Positions 23,633 to 38,305 are shown, numbered from the stretch's first letter. The stretch is 64,000 nt of DNA from Gracilinanus agilis (GCF_016433145.1 NC_058135.1:281491071-281555070), one strand, 5' to 3'. Numbers and translations are program-made. The notes: a model not told the origin generated them from the letters alone.

Positions 23633-26600
23633 ATATTATTATTTTCAGAATATTAATGACAGTTCAATGCATAAGTAGCAAAGATAGCAGGTAGCCAAGA
23701 ATCAGACTAGTCTCTTGGTTCCCATTTCTTTCCAATACTTTTCTCTTGAAATATTTCAACAACTTTTATTCTCTAATCATTTATGGGAGAAACCATTGTC
23801 CTTCTATTTATTTACTTCCCCCCCCTTCAGGTTAAGTCGTCTTATTGGGCAATTACCTACTCCAAAGAGATGGGAACTGATACCTCATTGCTGATAAAGA
23901 AAGTTGACAACTACTTTTCTTTTTGGACTTCTTAGCATAAGGCTTGATACTTAGCAGATTTTAAACATTTGTTTGTTGATTGAACAATATTTACAGCAGT
24001 TCAGTAATTGTCTTCTCTTTTATATGATAGTTGCATTTTCTTTTGTGCTTGTGATGCAATCTTTCACCAATCATAGGTAGTCTCTCTTGATTCTAGCATA
24101 GGTGCCTTGTCAAAGACAGGGCAAAAGAGGATAGAATTTAGCCTCAGAATATTTTGGCATAAAAGACAATTATTCTAATATATATTTCGTTTTTTGTTTG
24201 TTTTGTATTTCAACTCTTCCATTTTTCTCTGCTTACTAACATTTATCTTCAATGAGACCGCAACATATCACATTAGGAGATTATGATAGGTGGTCTTTAA
24301 GAAACCTACAGGTATTTTCTATTTTCACATCCCCAAGACAAAAATTCTGCTGTAGAATCTAATCGCTACCATTATACTGATATGGGTTGAAATGTCCCAC
24401 AAACCTTGTCTAATAGCTGCATACAATCAAAAGAATATTGGAACAATAACTAGCTTATTAATATGGGGCTATGTTTCATGCAAGACATATGAGTTGCTTA
24501 GATTCACAACTATGAAAAAAGTCCTCACATCAGTCTTTAGACATAACCTATGTTGTTAGTTTTGGTTTCTGGACAGCAAGTACAGGTGGTTCAGTTTCCC
24601 AGTCAGACAGGACTAGGTTTAAACAATGCTCAATTTCCACACTCACTGTCTTTCTTAGAGTATGTGCAAAAAGGAGCAAAACTTAGCCTAAGGTTGCCCC
24701 AGGGTATTTAACATATCATTAGCATCCCATTTACATTAAGGTTGCCCCCTTTCCCCATGGGTAAATGGTTAACCATGGTTAAAGCCTAGTAGAACAAAGT
24801 GGACCATGGGTAAAGTGATATCAGTTCCCTGGAGCAACAACTGCCCAAACAAATGACCCTTTCCTTAGCACCTAATCAAGATAGAAAGCGTAGTTAAAAC
24901 TCCTACCCACCTTTTACTCTCTTACTTTTTACTTGCTCACCTTTTACTATCTTATCCTGTACTCTTACCCTTACTCTCTCACTCCCTACCTCTACATATC
25001 ACACCTCCTATACTTCCTTCTCTTCCCTTATTTAATTACTCTACCAGCTACTCTATTACTACATTTTCTGATAATAAAGCTTGTTTCCTTCAAATGGAAT
25101 CAATTTAATCATCAATCAATTCTTTCAACAAGATCCAAATAGCATTTACCATATCAATACTCCAAATCCTAACTCTTTATTGTATCCTCACACATTCAGA
25201 GAACAGCCTTCCTTAAAATTCCATGAAGAGTCACAGATCCTCTCTCCAACTTCTCTGAACTTATTTGACCTCTTTGAAATCCAATTGCCCATCTATTCCT
25301 GAGCAACCAGATCTAATTATTTATTAGATAATAAATATATATTATTTAGAATATCCATTCCAACCTACTAACTGGATCCCATTGAATGCACTTACTCCTG
25401 CCTTAAACAGGCACCCAAACACACATAAATGCCCACACAGAGTATGATCAAATCCAACAAGTTCTAGGGCTGAAAATTATGATCTATAATCAATTTCCAT
25501 CACTTACTTACTGCAATATTTTGGTCAAGTCATTTAAGTCCATGTCCATGGGTCTCACTTTCCTCCTTATAAGGAAAATAAACTAAATGTGTTCTGATGT
25601 ACCTTCTAGATTTATGAATTTTAAATTTGTATTACCTATGTACAGGTATCTTTTTGGTCTATAGCTTAATAGCTAAGAGATGTGTATAATATCAGCAAGA
25701 CCAATGAACTTCATTTTTCAGTGAGTAGATAGGAAGAAGCCTTGGTCCTTTGTGTATTTCATATACATACACATTTTTATTTTCAATGATATCAAAATGG
25801 GAACCATGGTGTCTATTTTAGGCTCTTGGAAATGGGTTCCATCCATAATATCTTGAGCCTTCATAAGGTGTAGTTGATGAAACATGGGGGACTTGGAAGG
25901 AATCAGTTACTCACTATTAAGATTTGACTTTCAAATGGAATCACGAGATCATATCCATCATTGCAAAGGATTTTAAAGGTCATGTGGTCCATTCTCTAAC
26001 TTCAAGGCAGTCTAAACAAGTACTTATATTCCTCATGGTGGCATAAGTTAGTGTGTAACAAAGTCAGCCTATAACTATGTGTTCCGATTATAAATTTAAT
26101 ACTTTGTTCTCTTGGTTTGCTCTAACATATAGCCATAATTAATTTATATGAACTTTCAATCATTTCTCTTGAATATAATTAGAATAAGGGATAGCATCTT
26201 CATTGCCAAAAAAGAAATTGTTTTATTAATTATAGTAACCATATTTACATTTTTCACCTTTATCAAAAAAATAAACTATAGTATATTTGTCTGGTTTCAT
26301 TGGTAGGCTTCCAGGGGGTTCTTAAACTTCTCTAAAATGTATTTCATCTCTAAGGACCCTGTAAATATATCTTTCCAATAAATGTATGAACTTCTTAATC
26401 CAAAACTTTGTTCATAAACTTTGACTTCATTAATTTAATTGATCAATATTAGATGTATTCTTTCCTTTAAATAACACAAATCACCACACATATTTGCAGT
26501 TTGTACTGTCAAGACAATTTTCTTCTATCCCACCTCAATCATTTTGGTTTTTTAAACCTATTTTTCTTAGCTTTTCAGAATGTGTAATTCTGGACCTCAG

Positions 26601-28263
26601 GGAATACATACATTGAAGCCATAGTAAAAACGAAGGTAATAAAAATGGTAGAATTTTATTCATGTTTGCCATTTTAATTTATACATAATCCTTTTGTACT
26701 TAAAAGAGTGTTAATATTTTATACATATTCTTCCCTAAAATAGTGATAACAATAATAATTATCCTATAATGCAGAAAAGTCAGATCCGAGATAGAAAAAG
26801 CTATCTTTTGCTTTCTTATCTTTCCCAAGGCTTAGCATGGTGCTTGCCACATAATATGTATTTCAAAAATACTTATTGATTAATTATTAATAAATTATTG
26901 GGTAGATTGCCAGGTTTGATGTTAGGAAGAATAATCTTTCTAAGTTTAAATATGGCCTTATTTACTTCCTATTTTTGTGGCCCTGAGTAAGTCTGTTTGT
27001 CTCAGTTCCTTTTCTGTAAAATGACCTGGAGAAGGAAATGGCAAAGGACTACAGAATCTTTGCCAAGAACACCACAGATGGGGTCACTTAAGACTTAAGA
27101 CAAGACTGAAATGACTGAACATCAATACAAGGATTTTATGAAAAAAAGAAGTTACAAGGAGGGAAAACCTTTCTTAGAAGGAAATTCTGCAACTTTATAA
27201 CAACTGATTTACAGTTTTAGTTACCTGTAGCACAGAGAGATTAAGTGACTCTCCCACGGGCACAAATTTAGTTTGTGTAAGAAATGTGGAATTAAACCCA
27301 AATCTTTCTTACTTCAAGCCATCTTTGTAGTCACTGTTATGCTTTCATTTAAAAAAATGATAGCAGCATTAATGTTAATGATAGTAAAGCAGGGATAATT
27401 ATGATAATGTTTAAGTAGATGACCATAATAATTTGAACTTTTAAAAACACTTTCTTCAATGAAACTCATTTAATATTGTGTTTTTCATAATCCTGTGAGA
27501 TTTTATCCCATTTTGTTAAAGGAGAACAGGGAGGTACAAAGAGCTGAAGTATGAGTATTAGAACTAAAACCCAGGTCTCCTGATTCCTCCTTATTTTGGC
27601 AATAATATCATCTTGAAATATAAATTTCTAAAATGCAGTGCAAATACTTTGAGACATTTAACCACTTTAAATCACCCCATTTCACTGGGCTACAACATTG
27701 TACATTGATAGCTATCCAGTCTAGAGGTGAAATCTATTTAAAGAAGGATAAAATAGTAAAAATTATAGTAACAATAGTAGCAATATCAATAGAAGAACAA
27801 TACAACTGATACTTATCAAAATCAAGGCTCCAAGTAGCCCTATTAGGTAATATCCCCATTTCATGGAAAGGAACCTGAATCTCTGAGAGATTAAATTATT
27901 AATCCTTATTAATGCAACAACTGTTTGTTAATAAAGGATTAGACTGAAGTTCTCCTTGATTCAAGTCTCCCACCTTACATATTACACAGTAATATGTATC
28001 ATATCAGTAAATCTCTGAATGGGAACTACTCTGATAGAGATTAAAATCAGGAGACTGAATACACTCCAATCAAAAAGCAAGCTGACCAGTCATAGAGTTG
28101 GAAAAAATATATCTGAAAAATGTTTGTCTCTCTTTCTCTCTCCTCTCTTTGCACACAGGCACACGAACACATGCATAAATATACATTCATCTATATGTAT
28201 ATGCATATACATTTGTATACATCATATATAGATATAGATAATGATGTAGAATTACCCCCTTAC

Positions 28264-28620
28264 CTACTCATAGGGAATAGAAAGGATCCACAGATTATCT
28301 CTATCCCTGACAAATTAATTTAGTTCTCACATGGATTTTCAGAGAAGGGGAGTATAAACTGAATCATGTGAAGCTATTGGATTTACTTAAATATTGGTGA
28401 TTCTTAAGTGAGAAGAAATATATTGCCATTTGACCTTTGGAGGACTGCTTTCTGAAGTCCCCAGAGAACCCAGAGTTGTTGTCCTTTCCTTCTTAATCAT
28501 AGATTTTTTTGGCCTTTCCCTTGAGTTTAATTAGATAAGGTACACATTATTTTATAAATAACATGGAGAAATGACATGTCAAGTATAATTCATTAATAGT
28601 CCATGAAGGACTTCCATATG
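28264..28620 (-). promoter_or_regulatory. Candidate OR promoter and non-coding first exon for OR-A
   Basis: Donor tag|gtaagg at 28263. O/E(EBF)-like sites TCCCCAGAGA (28458-28467) and TCCCTTGAGT (28517-28526). Homeodomain-like TAATTAG (28528-28534) and TAATTCATTAAT (28586-28597). All recur in the paralogous block at 11.5-11.8 kb. Confidence 0.5.
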
Positions 28621-28779
28621 ATTTTTGACCTTGTCCAAAATATGACTATTACACTTGATTTCTGTTAAATGCATATTTTACTACATATTTTGATCTATTT
28701 GTGGTTGAAAGTCAAAAGTATAAATATACACGTGTATGTATGTTATTAATGCACATCTGTTCCTATATGTATATGTGTA

Positions 28780-29060
28780 TATGATTTATTGTTGTCCTTC
28801 ATACTCAAAGAAGAAGGACTAAAATTACATCACTATTTTGGGATCAATGTATAATTTGTCCAACTGTGGCTTATCAGATCCATAAGAGCTGTGAAGTTTC
28901 TACCATAGATGTGGACACAAGATGCCCATATTAAAATTTGAGATGTATATTTCTCTAAATTTGCACATCTTATATTTCTTTTGGAAATTCTGCTTTACTC
29001 GCAGACTACAGTGTCCTCTTTTATATGTGCTTGCCATGCTAGATTATCCCTTGCCAGTAT
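28780..29060 (-). mobile_element. RTE LINE 3' fragment (paralog at ~12725-12907 plus 14755-14910, split by the L1)
   Basis: Resembles the reverse complement of the marsupial RTE ORF C-terminus and 3' end (ttgttgtccttcatactc...gatcagatcc...); recognised from memory of the family. Confidence 0.65.
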
Positions 29061-30290
29061 ATATACTCTGTTTCACAAGTGATACCAGAGTTCCAGGATT
29101 TTTTGCAGAAGCAAGTATGGACATAAGAATATATTAGGTGTATTTATATTCATATATTTATCTATAAATATATATACATAGATATGTTTATGCAAAGATA
29201 ATTTATATATAGTCCACAAATATGCATGTGAAGTATGTGTATATATACATAAGTATGTATATATTTATAAAGAGAATACTTATTCATCAATTGATTAATT
29301 TAAATGGAGTGACTATTGCTTAAGCAATAAAAATACTCTAAAAACTATGTTTTTGGCCATAGGAAAGGGATGCACATGAATTAGATCCTATTTGACTTGT
29401 TTTAACAAAATCGATTTATAGGGGGACAGCCTCTATATGATTTTTGGGGTCCTGAATGGCATGGTGGCATAGCATGGTTAAAGCAGGAGAAAGAAAATGA
29501 GAACAACTAGACTAGTTGTTAGCCCATGCTGTTCTGAATTCTGTGGGCTTGGGAGTTTATTATATACTGATTTCAAGCAAAGAACACAAAAAAGAGTCAC
29601 AGCTGTGAAGGGGTAATAAATCACACATAACCCATTGAAGTCTAAAGAGTAAAGGTACAAAGACAAATGGCCAAACTCCAACCACCAATTTAGTAGGAGA
29701 TAACTCTGGGAGTGGAAATACCCCATGGAGATGCTCACCAACTGAGTCCTGCCAAAGGCACCAGTTCTAATCTAAGTATGCAATCTTATCTAAGTAATGT
29801 TTGTTAGGATTCAGGCTTCTCAATTATCAAGGAGAGGAATCATCAACTCAGTAGATGCTGGTCTGCCACTTCAAAGCTCTCCAATAAGAATTCTAAGAAA
29901 GGTGGGGATCAAAAACTGAGTCAAAAGAGGAGCTTCAGATTTTTATCATAGATGGCCCATTCTGTCTGCATCCTGATATGCAGTGCAGAAAAATCATACA
30001 CACAGTTTTACTTGCAGATGATGTTGTAATGGGATCCAAATAAAATATCTGTTACAGACTCTGTTTCTCTAAATGACTCCTAATAGCCTCTTGGAGGGAT
30101 CAAGTTGTTTTTGTATTAACCTACCTGCTGGTACCAGAGCTTTTTGGGGCTCAGGTGACCAGAACCAAACACAAAGATTGCCTCAGTCTGGATTGGTCAT
30201 GTAAGGAATCCAGATAACAGGCCCTAAATTTGATCCTATTTCTCCAATGGCATTTCCACATCCAATGGTTCTCAACATCGATTGATTAAC

Positions 30291-30484
30291 CAGTGATTCC
30301 CAAAGTGGGCACTATTGCCCCCTAGTGGGTGCTGCAGCAATCCAGGGGGGCAGTAATTACCACAGGTGCATTTATCTTTCCTATTATTTGCTATTAAAAT
30401 TTAAAAAAAATTAATTTCCAGGGGGCTAAGTAATATTTTTTTCTGGAAAGGGGGAGGTAGGCCAAAAGATTTTGGGAACCACTG
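30291..30484 (+). mobile_element. hAT-Charlie-type MITE
   Basis: CAGTGATTCCCAAAG...TTTGGGAACCACTG; TSD gattaac/gattaaac. Confidence 0.85.
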
Positions 30485-30859
30485 GATTAAACAAAGACGT
30501 AAATGCTACCTTTAAAATTTATAAACCATAAATCTATTTCCTTATGTCTCACCTCACCTCATCTACCATGATATAGGATGCAATTTGGCTTCCGAAGAAA
30601 GCTTTTTCATGCCATTTAATTTCATAATGTTGGCTAACCAAATATATTATGTTTGTATCAATATTCTGGTGCTCAGATATAAAGAGATAATGATCATTTT
30701 ATATTTAGTGAATGATTAACTGAATAAAAGGCATTTTCACATTCGTCATCTCATATTCTTCATTTGGTATGGTATTCAAATCATTTGAGTATGAAAATAT
30801 CTTAGACAAGAGTAAATTTGAAGAGAAAGGAGATAAGACAAAAATATCAAATGATAGAG

Positions 30860-31460
30860 GATGTGTTAATTAACAAGTGTGGTGGTCAGCAAGATAGACT
30901 TGAGCAGGGACAACAGGGTAAAAAGAGAGAATGATAAACAGAAGAAAATAGTATGGAGGGAAATATAGAGTCATAATAACCATAAATTTGAATGGGATGA
31001 ACTCACCTATAAAACTAAAGCTGATAGAAGAATTTACTAGAGGCATGAATCCAAGAATATGCTCTTTACAAAAAAATCCTTGAAGCAGAGACACATAGAG
31101 GTAAAATAAGGAGCTGGAGCAGAATCAATTCTGCTTCAGCTGAAGTAAGAATGGCAATAATAGAAATCATGATCTTGAAAATAAACAAAAGCAAAAATAA
31201 TCCTAATTGAAAGAGACAATCAGAGAAATAGATCTTGCTAAAAGGTACCCTAGACATAAAGTAAAATCAATAGGAAATATGCACACACCAAAATGAAGAA
31301 TATCCAAACATCCAAAGGAAAAGTTAAATGAGTTACAGAAAGAAATAGGTAGCATAATTGTACTAGTAAGGCAAGTCAGTTTTCTCTTTCAGGACTTTCT
31401 AAATATAACCATAAAATACAAAAAAAAGAAGTTAGAAAAATGAGTAGAACTTTAGAAAAT
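30860..31460 (+). mobile_element. Old L1 fragment from the ORF2 endonuclease region
   Basis: aatgggatgaactcacctataaaac...atgctctttacaa...gaatcaattctgcttcagctgaa resembles the L1 EN start; many stops. Confidence 0.6.
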
Positions 31461-32479
31461 TTGCAAAACATAAGGAATGGTGAGAGAGACTAATTTCAGG
31501 AAAATGCAGGAAGATTTGTATGAACTGTGAGATGTGAAGACACAGCAGAACATTTTACACATTAATAGTAATATTGTAAGAATGATCTACATTGAAATAC
31601 TTTAGTTACTCTAATAAATAAATTGATCCAAGAGAATTCCAAAGGACTTATGATGAAAAAGCTATTTGTATCCAAATAGTAAACCTATGAACTCTGAGAG
31701 CAAATAGAAACATATTTTAATTATTTTATTATTCTTGCTTTTTTGTAACATGGCTAAAATGGAAATATTTTGCACTACTATTTTATAAATACATATGCAC
31801 ATACACATATATGTATATAATAGTTTATTAAACATTTTCCAATTAAATGTAAAATATTATTAACTATTTTTTAATTTGAGTTAAAAGTTTTCTCCACCCT
31901 CTCCTGGGCTGTGGGAAGCCAATAAGGAAATAGATAAAAATCTGAGACTCCTTTTTGACCCCTTTTGTTATCCTTGTGATTTCTTGTTGAAAAGTATTGT
32001 GACATTATTGAAGAGCTTTAGCTTCCTAGCAGGTCAGCATTTAAAAGGTTAACATTCTCCCCTTTTGGCCAGGAATGCAGTTGCCTGGTATAGCCAAGGA
32101 CAAAACCTTAGCAGGGGCAATTCAACCCTGAGAAAAATATTCCCCAACTTGGCTTTCTGATAAGAGCCCAGTCAAAATTCAGCCTTGGCTTTGGTCTGTT
32201 CTGAAGCCAATGAGACCTTTTGTGTTTTGATATGACATAATTTATAACTTCTACACATCTGCAAGTTTTCGGGGAGGTTATTTTGTGTGAAATGAGTCTT
32301 GAAATATATATAATAAGGAAGCATGAGCTGAAGAAAAGATCTTCCTGTCCCATTATTTGTTATTTCCTTATCAACTAAACAGTCCTTATCAGATTGTCAG
32401 AGATGATAAAGCGCTCTCAAGACTGGGCCTCTCTTAATAATTGAGAAGGTAAGAAATATACTATCAATTATACATATGA

Positions 32480-34870
32480 AGTAATGAAAAATGTTGCCAT
32501 ATTAGTTATGTTGCAAAAAATACACACATAATAAAGAAAAATGAGGAAATTTTTAAAAGTATGATTTAATCTGCACTCAGAGTTCATCAGTTATGTTTCT
32601 GGAGATGTATCATATTTTTAATCATGGGACGTTTGGAATTGATTTCAGTCATTTTCATATCAGAGTAGCTAAGTTTTTCATAATTTATCATTTTATAAAA
32701 TTTTATAAAATTTACCATGTAAAATGTTCTCTTAGTTCTGGTTACTTTACAGTGCATCAGTTCACATGTCTTATTTTTTTTTCTGAAATCATTCTGATCT
32801 TTATTTCTTACAGCATGAATAAGTTATATCATAATCATATACCACAAAATGTTCAGCCATTCCTCAATTAGTTGATATCCCCTTAATTTCTAATTCCTTT
32901 CTCCCACAAAAATGAGTTGCTATAAATAGTTTTCTATATACACATCCTTAGCTTTTTAAAAAATCTCTTTGGGCAACATACCTAGTAACAGTTTTGCTGG
33001 GTTAAATGGTACTAACACTTTGATAACCATTTGGACATATTATAAATTATTCTTCAGAATGGTTGGACTAGTTCACAACTCCAACAGTGCAATAGTGTCC
33101 TAATTTTTCCATATTCACTCCAGCATTTGTCATTTTTATTTTGTGTCATGTTAGCCAGTCTGATAAGTCTGAGATATCTCTGAATTGTTTTAATTTGTAT
33201 TTCTCTAATCAGTAATGGCTTAGAATATTTTTTTCATTTGACTATGAAGAGTTTTGATTTATTCTTCTTAAAACTATATTTCACATCCTTTGTCTACTTA
33301 TGAACTAGACAGTGACTTGTATATTTATATATTTTACTCATTTACCTCTTTGAAAAATTAGACATTTTTCCATGAAACTTTCTGAAATTTTCCTGATTCT
33401 TGTTTTCCTACTAATTTGCCTGCATCCATTGGATTTGTGCAAATACCTTTTAATTTCATTTTACCATTTTCTGTGATCCTATGTCTTGTTCAGTCATACA
33501 TAAACTCTTCTCTTATCTATAGGTTCTCATATACATGTATATACATGAGTATATATATTTGTACATATGTATACATATATACATAGATTTTCCTATGTTC
33601 TTTTTGTACTTGCTCCCCTAATTTATGATATTCCTTTTTCTGACTAATCAATTTATCCATTTTGACCTAATCTTTCTGAATAATGTGAGATGTTGGTGTG
33701 TGCCTAGTTTCTTTCAATTTGATTTCCAATTTTCTTGACAATTTTTGTTCAAATGGTCAGTTTTTGACCAAAAAGGTTGGATCTTTGGGCTTACCAAATT
33801 CTCAATTTCTATAGTCATTTACTACTGTCTATGGTATACCTAATCTATTCTACTATAGACCAGTAGTCTTAACCACTAACAGATTGCTTTCATGATTACT
33901 ACTTTATGGGAAGATGGGATTAATTCTCCCCTCACCCACTTATAGATTTAATTACCAGAATTGTATAAACCCTAGTTATCTTTAAGTATGGGGAGGTCTG
34001 TGACCTATGTGTGTTATAGTGGGTGATGAATCAGAAACCCACCAACTGTCCCCTGGGCAGTCCTAAGCAAAACTAAAGCTACAATTGGTCTATGTAAAGT
34101 GGAAGAAATGCACAGGAATTGATGCAAAGAAGCATCTTTAAAAGCAGTGGCAACTTCCTGTGAAGTGACTTCTTCACAGTTGGAGTTTGAGTTCAAGTTA
34201 GAGGCTGGTGAAGGATCTGCTTTGTAGACCTGATACTCTGAAATTTGGTGAAACTGTTCTTGAATCTCTCCCTTTAAACTACCATGTGAGTGAGTGAAAA
34301 GGCTTATTCCTTTTCCTTGCTTTTCTGGAGGTACTAGCCTTTGGAGAGGCTCCTCATCTTAGAGGAGGCCTCGTGGCTAGAAACCTTGTTTAATTTACTT
34401 CTGAGTCCCCCTTTTCTGGGGCCTCTGAAGCCCTGCCTGCTTCAGACTGGACTGGAGTAATTATCTACTCTCTCTCTCATTTCCTTACTTTCACTCTTTC
34501 TCCTTTTATAAATAAACGATCATAAAAAGTCATCCTGCTTGAGTAATAATTTCAGTGACTACATTTCTCATATATTTAGTCCAACCTTAAATTTTTAACC
34601 CTTACATTTATGACAACATTTAATTGTATGGCATTGAATAAACAAATTAACTTGGGATAGAACTAACATTTTTATATTGGCTGAGCCTATCCATGGACAG
34701 TTAATATTCTTCCAATTGTTTAGATCTTTCTATTTGTGCTAAAAGTATTTTATAATTATTTTCAGATAATCCCTCAGTTTGTGTTAGTAAGTATATTCCC
34801 AAGAATTTTTACATTTTCTGCAGTGATTTTAAATGAAATTTATCTTTCTATTTCTTCCTTTGGATTTTGT
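32480..34870 (-). mobile_element. L1 fragment (minus) interrupted by the LTR at 33907-34606
   Basis: L1 ORF2 3' motifs in reverse orientation continue across the LTR. Confidence 0.75.
33907..34606 (+). mobile_element. Solo LTR (ERV1-like) inside an L1
   Basis: tgggaag...cttaca; TSD ttta/ttta; AATAAA near the 3' end. Confidence 0.88.
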
Positions 34871-35329
34871 TGGTAGAGGGATTTATTTTTTCCATTTTCA
34901 AAAGAATGAATAATAAAGCATTTTAAAGTTCTTATTTTATGTCAGACGTGCTCCTTATAATATCCTTCTCTTTTCCTAACATATTTAAATCCATCCACCT
35001 AGCTAGTTAGCTAGCTAGCCACCTATCTGTCTGTCGAACTATCTATCTACCCATCTATAGATATAGGTAAGAGAGAAAGAGAGAGAGAGAGAGAGATGGT
35101 GACAGAGCAAGAGAAAGCCAGAAAGAGATAGATAGATGTATACTTATTTATTATGATACTAGGGAAACACAAGGTACAGATCTAGAACAAAAGAGTAACT
35201 AGAAAAACCTATAAGCAAAGCATCAATGGAAAATGAAAATACAGGTTGATGGTGAGTTTGATTTGAATTCATAAATGACAAGAAAGACTTCTTTAAATTA
35301 GAAATGATATTGATGAAATGAAAACAATA

Positions 35330-36430
35330 GAGCAAAAGTTAATAAAAGATACAAGGGCTATGTTACAGAATATAAAATAAAACCACATATATCATCAATT
35401 CTATATACTACCAATAAAATCCAGTAGGATAAGATAGATAAATTCCATTCAATATAACTACAGAACAAATAAAGACTTGATAGACTTGGAAGTCTAACTT
35501 TCAAAACAAACCCAAGGAGCATATGAACACAAGTATAAAACACTTTACTCAAACAAAGACAGATCTAAATAATTGAAAAAAAATGTTAATTTCTCATGGG
35601 TAGGCTAAACCAATATAATAAAAATAGCAATCCTTCCTAAATTAATCAAAATCATCTATAATCATATGAAAAAATTCCATAAATTGCTACTGATTGGAGA
35701 AAGGCAAATTAAAATATCTCTAAAGTAGCAACCTGTAACTATCAGATTGGCTATATGACAGCAAAGGAAAATGACAAAATTTGCAGGGGATTGGGAATTC
35801 AGGCATTAATACACTATTAGTGGAGTTGTGAACTGATTCAGCCATTCTGTAGAATAATTTGGAACTATCGCCAAAGGGCTGTAAAACCATACACTTACTT
35901 TGACTCAGCAATACCACTTAAATATGTATACCCGAAAGAGACAAAAAAAAGGACCTATATGTACAAATAATATTTATAGCAGCTTTTTTGTGGTGACAAA
36001 GAATTTGAAAGTGAGAGGATATTTGTGAAACAAGAAATGGTGGAACAAGTTGTGGTATATGATTGTGATAGAATACTACTGTGCATTAGAAATTATGAGC
36101 AGTATCATCTCAAAAAAGCCTAAAATGACTTATATGAACTGACTTAAAGTAAAATGAGCAGAACCAGAAGGACACTGTATACAGTAAAAGCAATATTGCA
36201 AAATGATCAATTGTAAAATGACAGCTACTCTCAGCGATACAATGATTCCAGAGAATTCCAAAGTACTCATGATGAAAAATGCTACCCATTAGCAAAGAAA
36301 GACCTGATGAAACCTGAATCCAGATTGAAACATATTTTTAAAAAACTTTATTCTTCTCATTTGTTTCTCTGTGTAGTCTTTCAAAACATGATAAATATGG
36401 AAATAAGTTTTGTATGACTGCATGTATGTA
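35330..36430 (+). mobile_element. L1 fragment with internal deletions
   Basis: ORF2 3' and 3' UTR motifs; boundaries approximate. Confidence 0.75.
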
Positions 36431-36435
36431 GCCTC

Positions 36436-37111
36436 TGTTAAACTGGGAAAAAAAACACAGAACTATTAAATACTTAGAAAAACCACTCTTTAATTATGTA
36501 TAGGAGTTCAGCACTAAATTAGGCCTCCTCACAGAGCTGTGCACTATAAATGCACACAGAGTCCCAGGCACTGACAGCTCTGATCACTGAACTCCTGGGA
36601 ATGCCAACCACACTGGATTGGACAATTCCAAGGAACAAAAGAATTTGAGGGATCGATATACTATTTGGGGAATCCTGGGACAAAGGAAGATGATTAATTG
36701 ACATTACCATAGCTACAAGGAAATAGGATATAATCAAGATTGGGAAAGGAAACATAGCCAGAGACTAAGGTATAAGGGAATGGACTATTAACAATGGATA
36801 CTAAAGGATGGTCTTTGCCTAGGAGTTCTTCTTCTTGGGAAAGGGTCTCTGATACAAAAGGAGAAGCTACTGAGATAAAAGGATATTTTAGCATTTGATT
36901 AAAATCTGTTAACTCCATCTAGTTAAATTCATTAAATATTTTAAAGTTCATTGTTTAGTCTGAAACTGCTAGTCTGAGATTCCCTTCAGGGTGGATTCTC
37001 ACTGGAACAGGGATGAACTTGGATCTCCAGTTTACAAGCTAACTAAAAACTTGGGGTTCATCAGATCTTACTAGGCTGTAAGTTTGGGGGTTTCTAGATT
37101 CCATGTAGACA
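36436..37111 (-). mobile_element. Solo LTR, family X copy 1
   Basis: tgtt...gaca termini; TSD cctc/gctc; same family as 37621-38305 and 57482-58137. Confidence 0.8.
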
Positions 37112-37620
37112 GCTCCAACTGATTGCTTACCACTTTGTAGGGCAAGAGAGGGAAAGAAGAGGATTTGGAGCTAAACATTTTAAAAAGTGAATGTTAACAT
37201 TGTGTTTTAGGTAAAATGAAGTAATTTTTAAAAAGTAAAATAAGCCTATAAAAATGCTATCTATGGTGATGATGATGATAATTTTCAGTGTGATGTTGTC
37301 TGTGAAAGTGGAAAAAGTAATAATGTGTGATATATGTCATGAAAATAAGATTAGGAGAATTTTCCAATTGACTGGATATGGGAGATGAGATCAGTAGAGT
37401 CAAGATTATAAATTAGAATAACATCAAACATAGTGATGACATCCAGAGAAATGGTAGCATTAGAGGGAGAGATGGATTAGGAAGACATTATACTAATGAT
37501 GATGGGACAGTGTTGCTAAAGAATCATATTCAAAAGAAATAAGTTCTAGTGAGCCTAACTTCCTCTTCTGAAAAACCTCCTCTAATTCTAGGTGTCTCTA
37601 CTTCTGACTCTATTTACATT

Positions 37621-38305
37621 TGTCAACATGGAATCTAGAAACTCAAAACATGTATAAGATCTGATGAACCCCAAGTTTTAGGACTAACTTGTAAGTTGGA
37701 GACCCCAAATCTTGTACTTGTTCCCTGTTCCCCTGAGAATCCACCCTGGAAGGCAATCTTTGGCTAGCAGTTTCAGACTGAATAATGGACCCTAGTATAA
37801 ATGACGATCCCAGTTAAATGGAGCTAAGCATACACTAAGTACCATTTTAAGTGGTCTTCCCCATGGTATCAGAGACCCTTTCCCAGGAAAGGCCCACACC
37901 TGAGCAGGGACCATCCTTTTAGTATCCATTGTAAGTAGCCCTTTCCCTTACACCCTAGCTTCTGGCTAAGATTCCTTTCCTAAACTTGTTTGTATCCTGT
38001 CAGTATAGTTTGAACACTCTCATTTCCTTGTAGCTAAGGTAATGTCAGTCTTCTTTCCCTGCCCCTGGATCTCCCAATGGTATATAAGTTCTCCAATTTC
38101 TTTTTTCTTGGAGTTGTAGATCTAATGCTGTGGCACTCCCAGCAGACAGTGAATAGAGCATCCAGAGTTCAAAACTCAGACTCCAGCATGAGCCTGTGGC
38201 ACCCAGCTCTGCATAAAGGCCTAACTCAGTACTGTAACCCATTTCCTTGATTAAAGAATGGCTTTTCTGACTATTTAATAGTTCTGTGATTTTTCCCAGT
38301 CAACA
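37621..38305 (+). mobile_element. Solo LTR, family X copy 2, inverted relative to copy 1
   Basis: tgtcaac...gtcaaca; perfect TSD catt/catt. Confidence 0.88.

Larger units (their letters stand above)
28200..29240. repeat. Uninterrupted copy of the duplicated block, including an RTE 3' fragment
   Basis: Provides the empty sites for the LTR at 11944 and the L1 at 12908. Confidence 0.85.
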
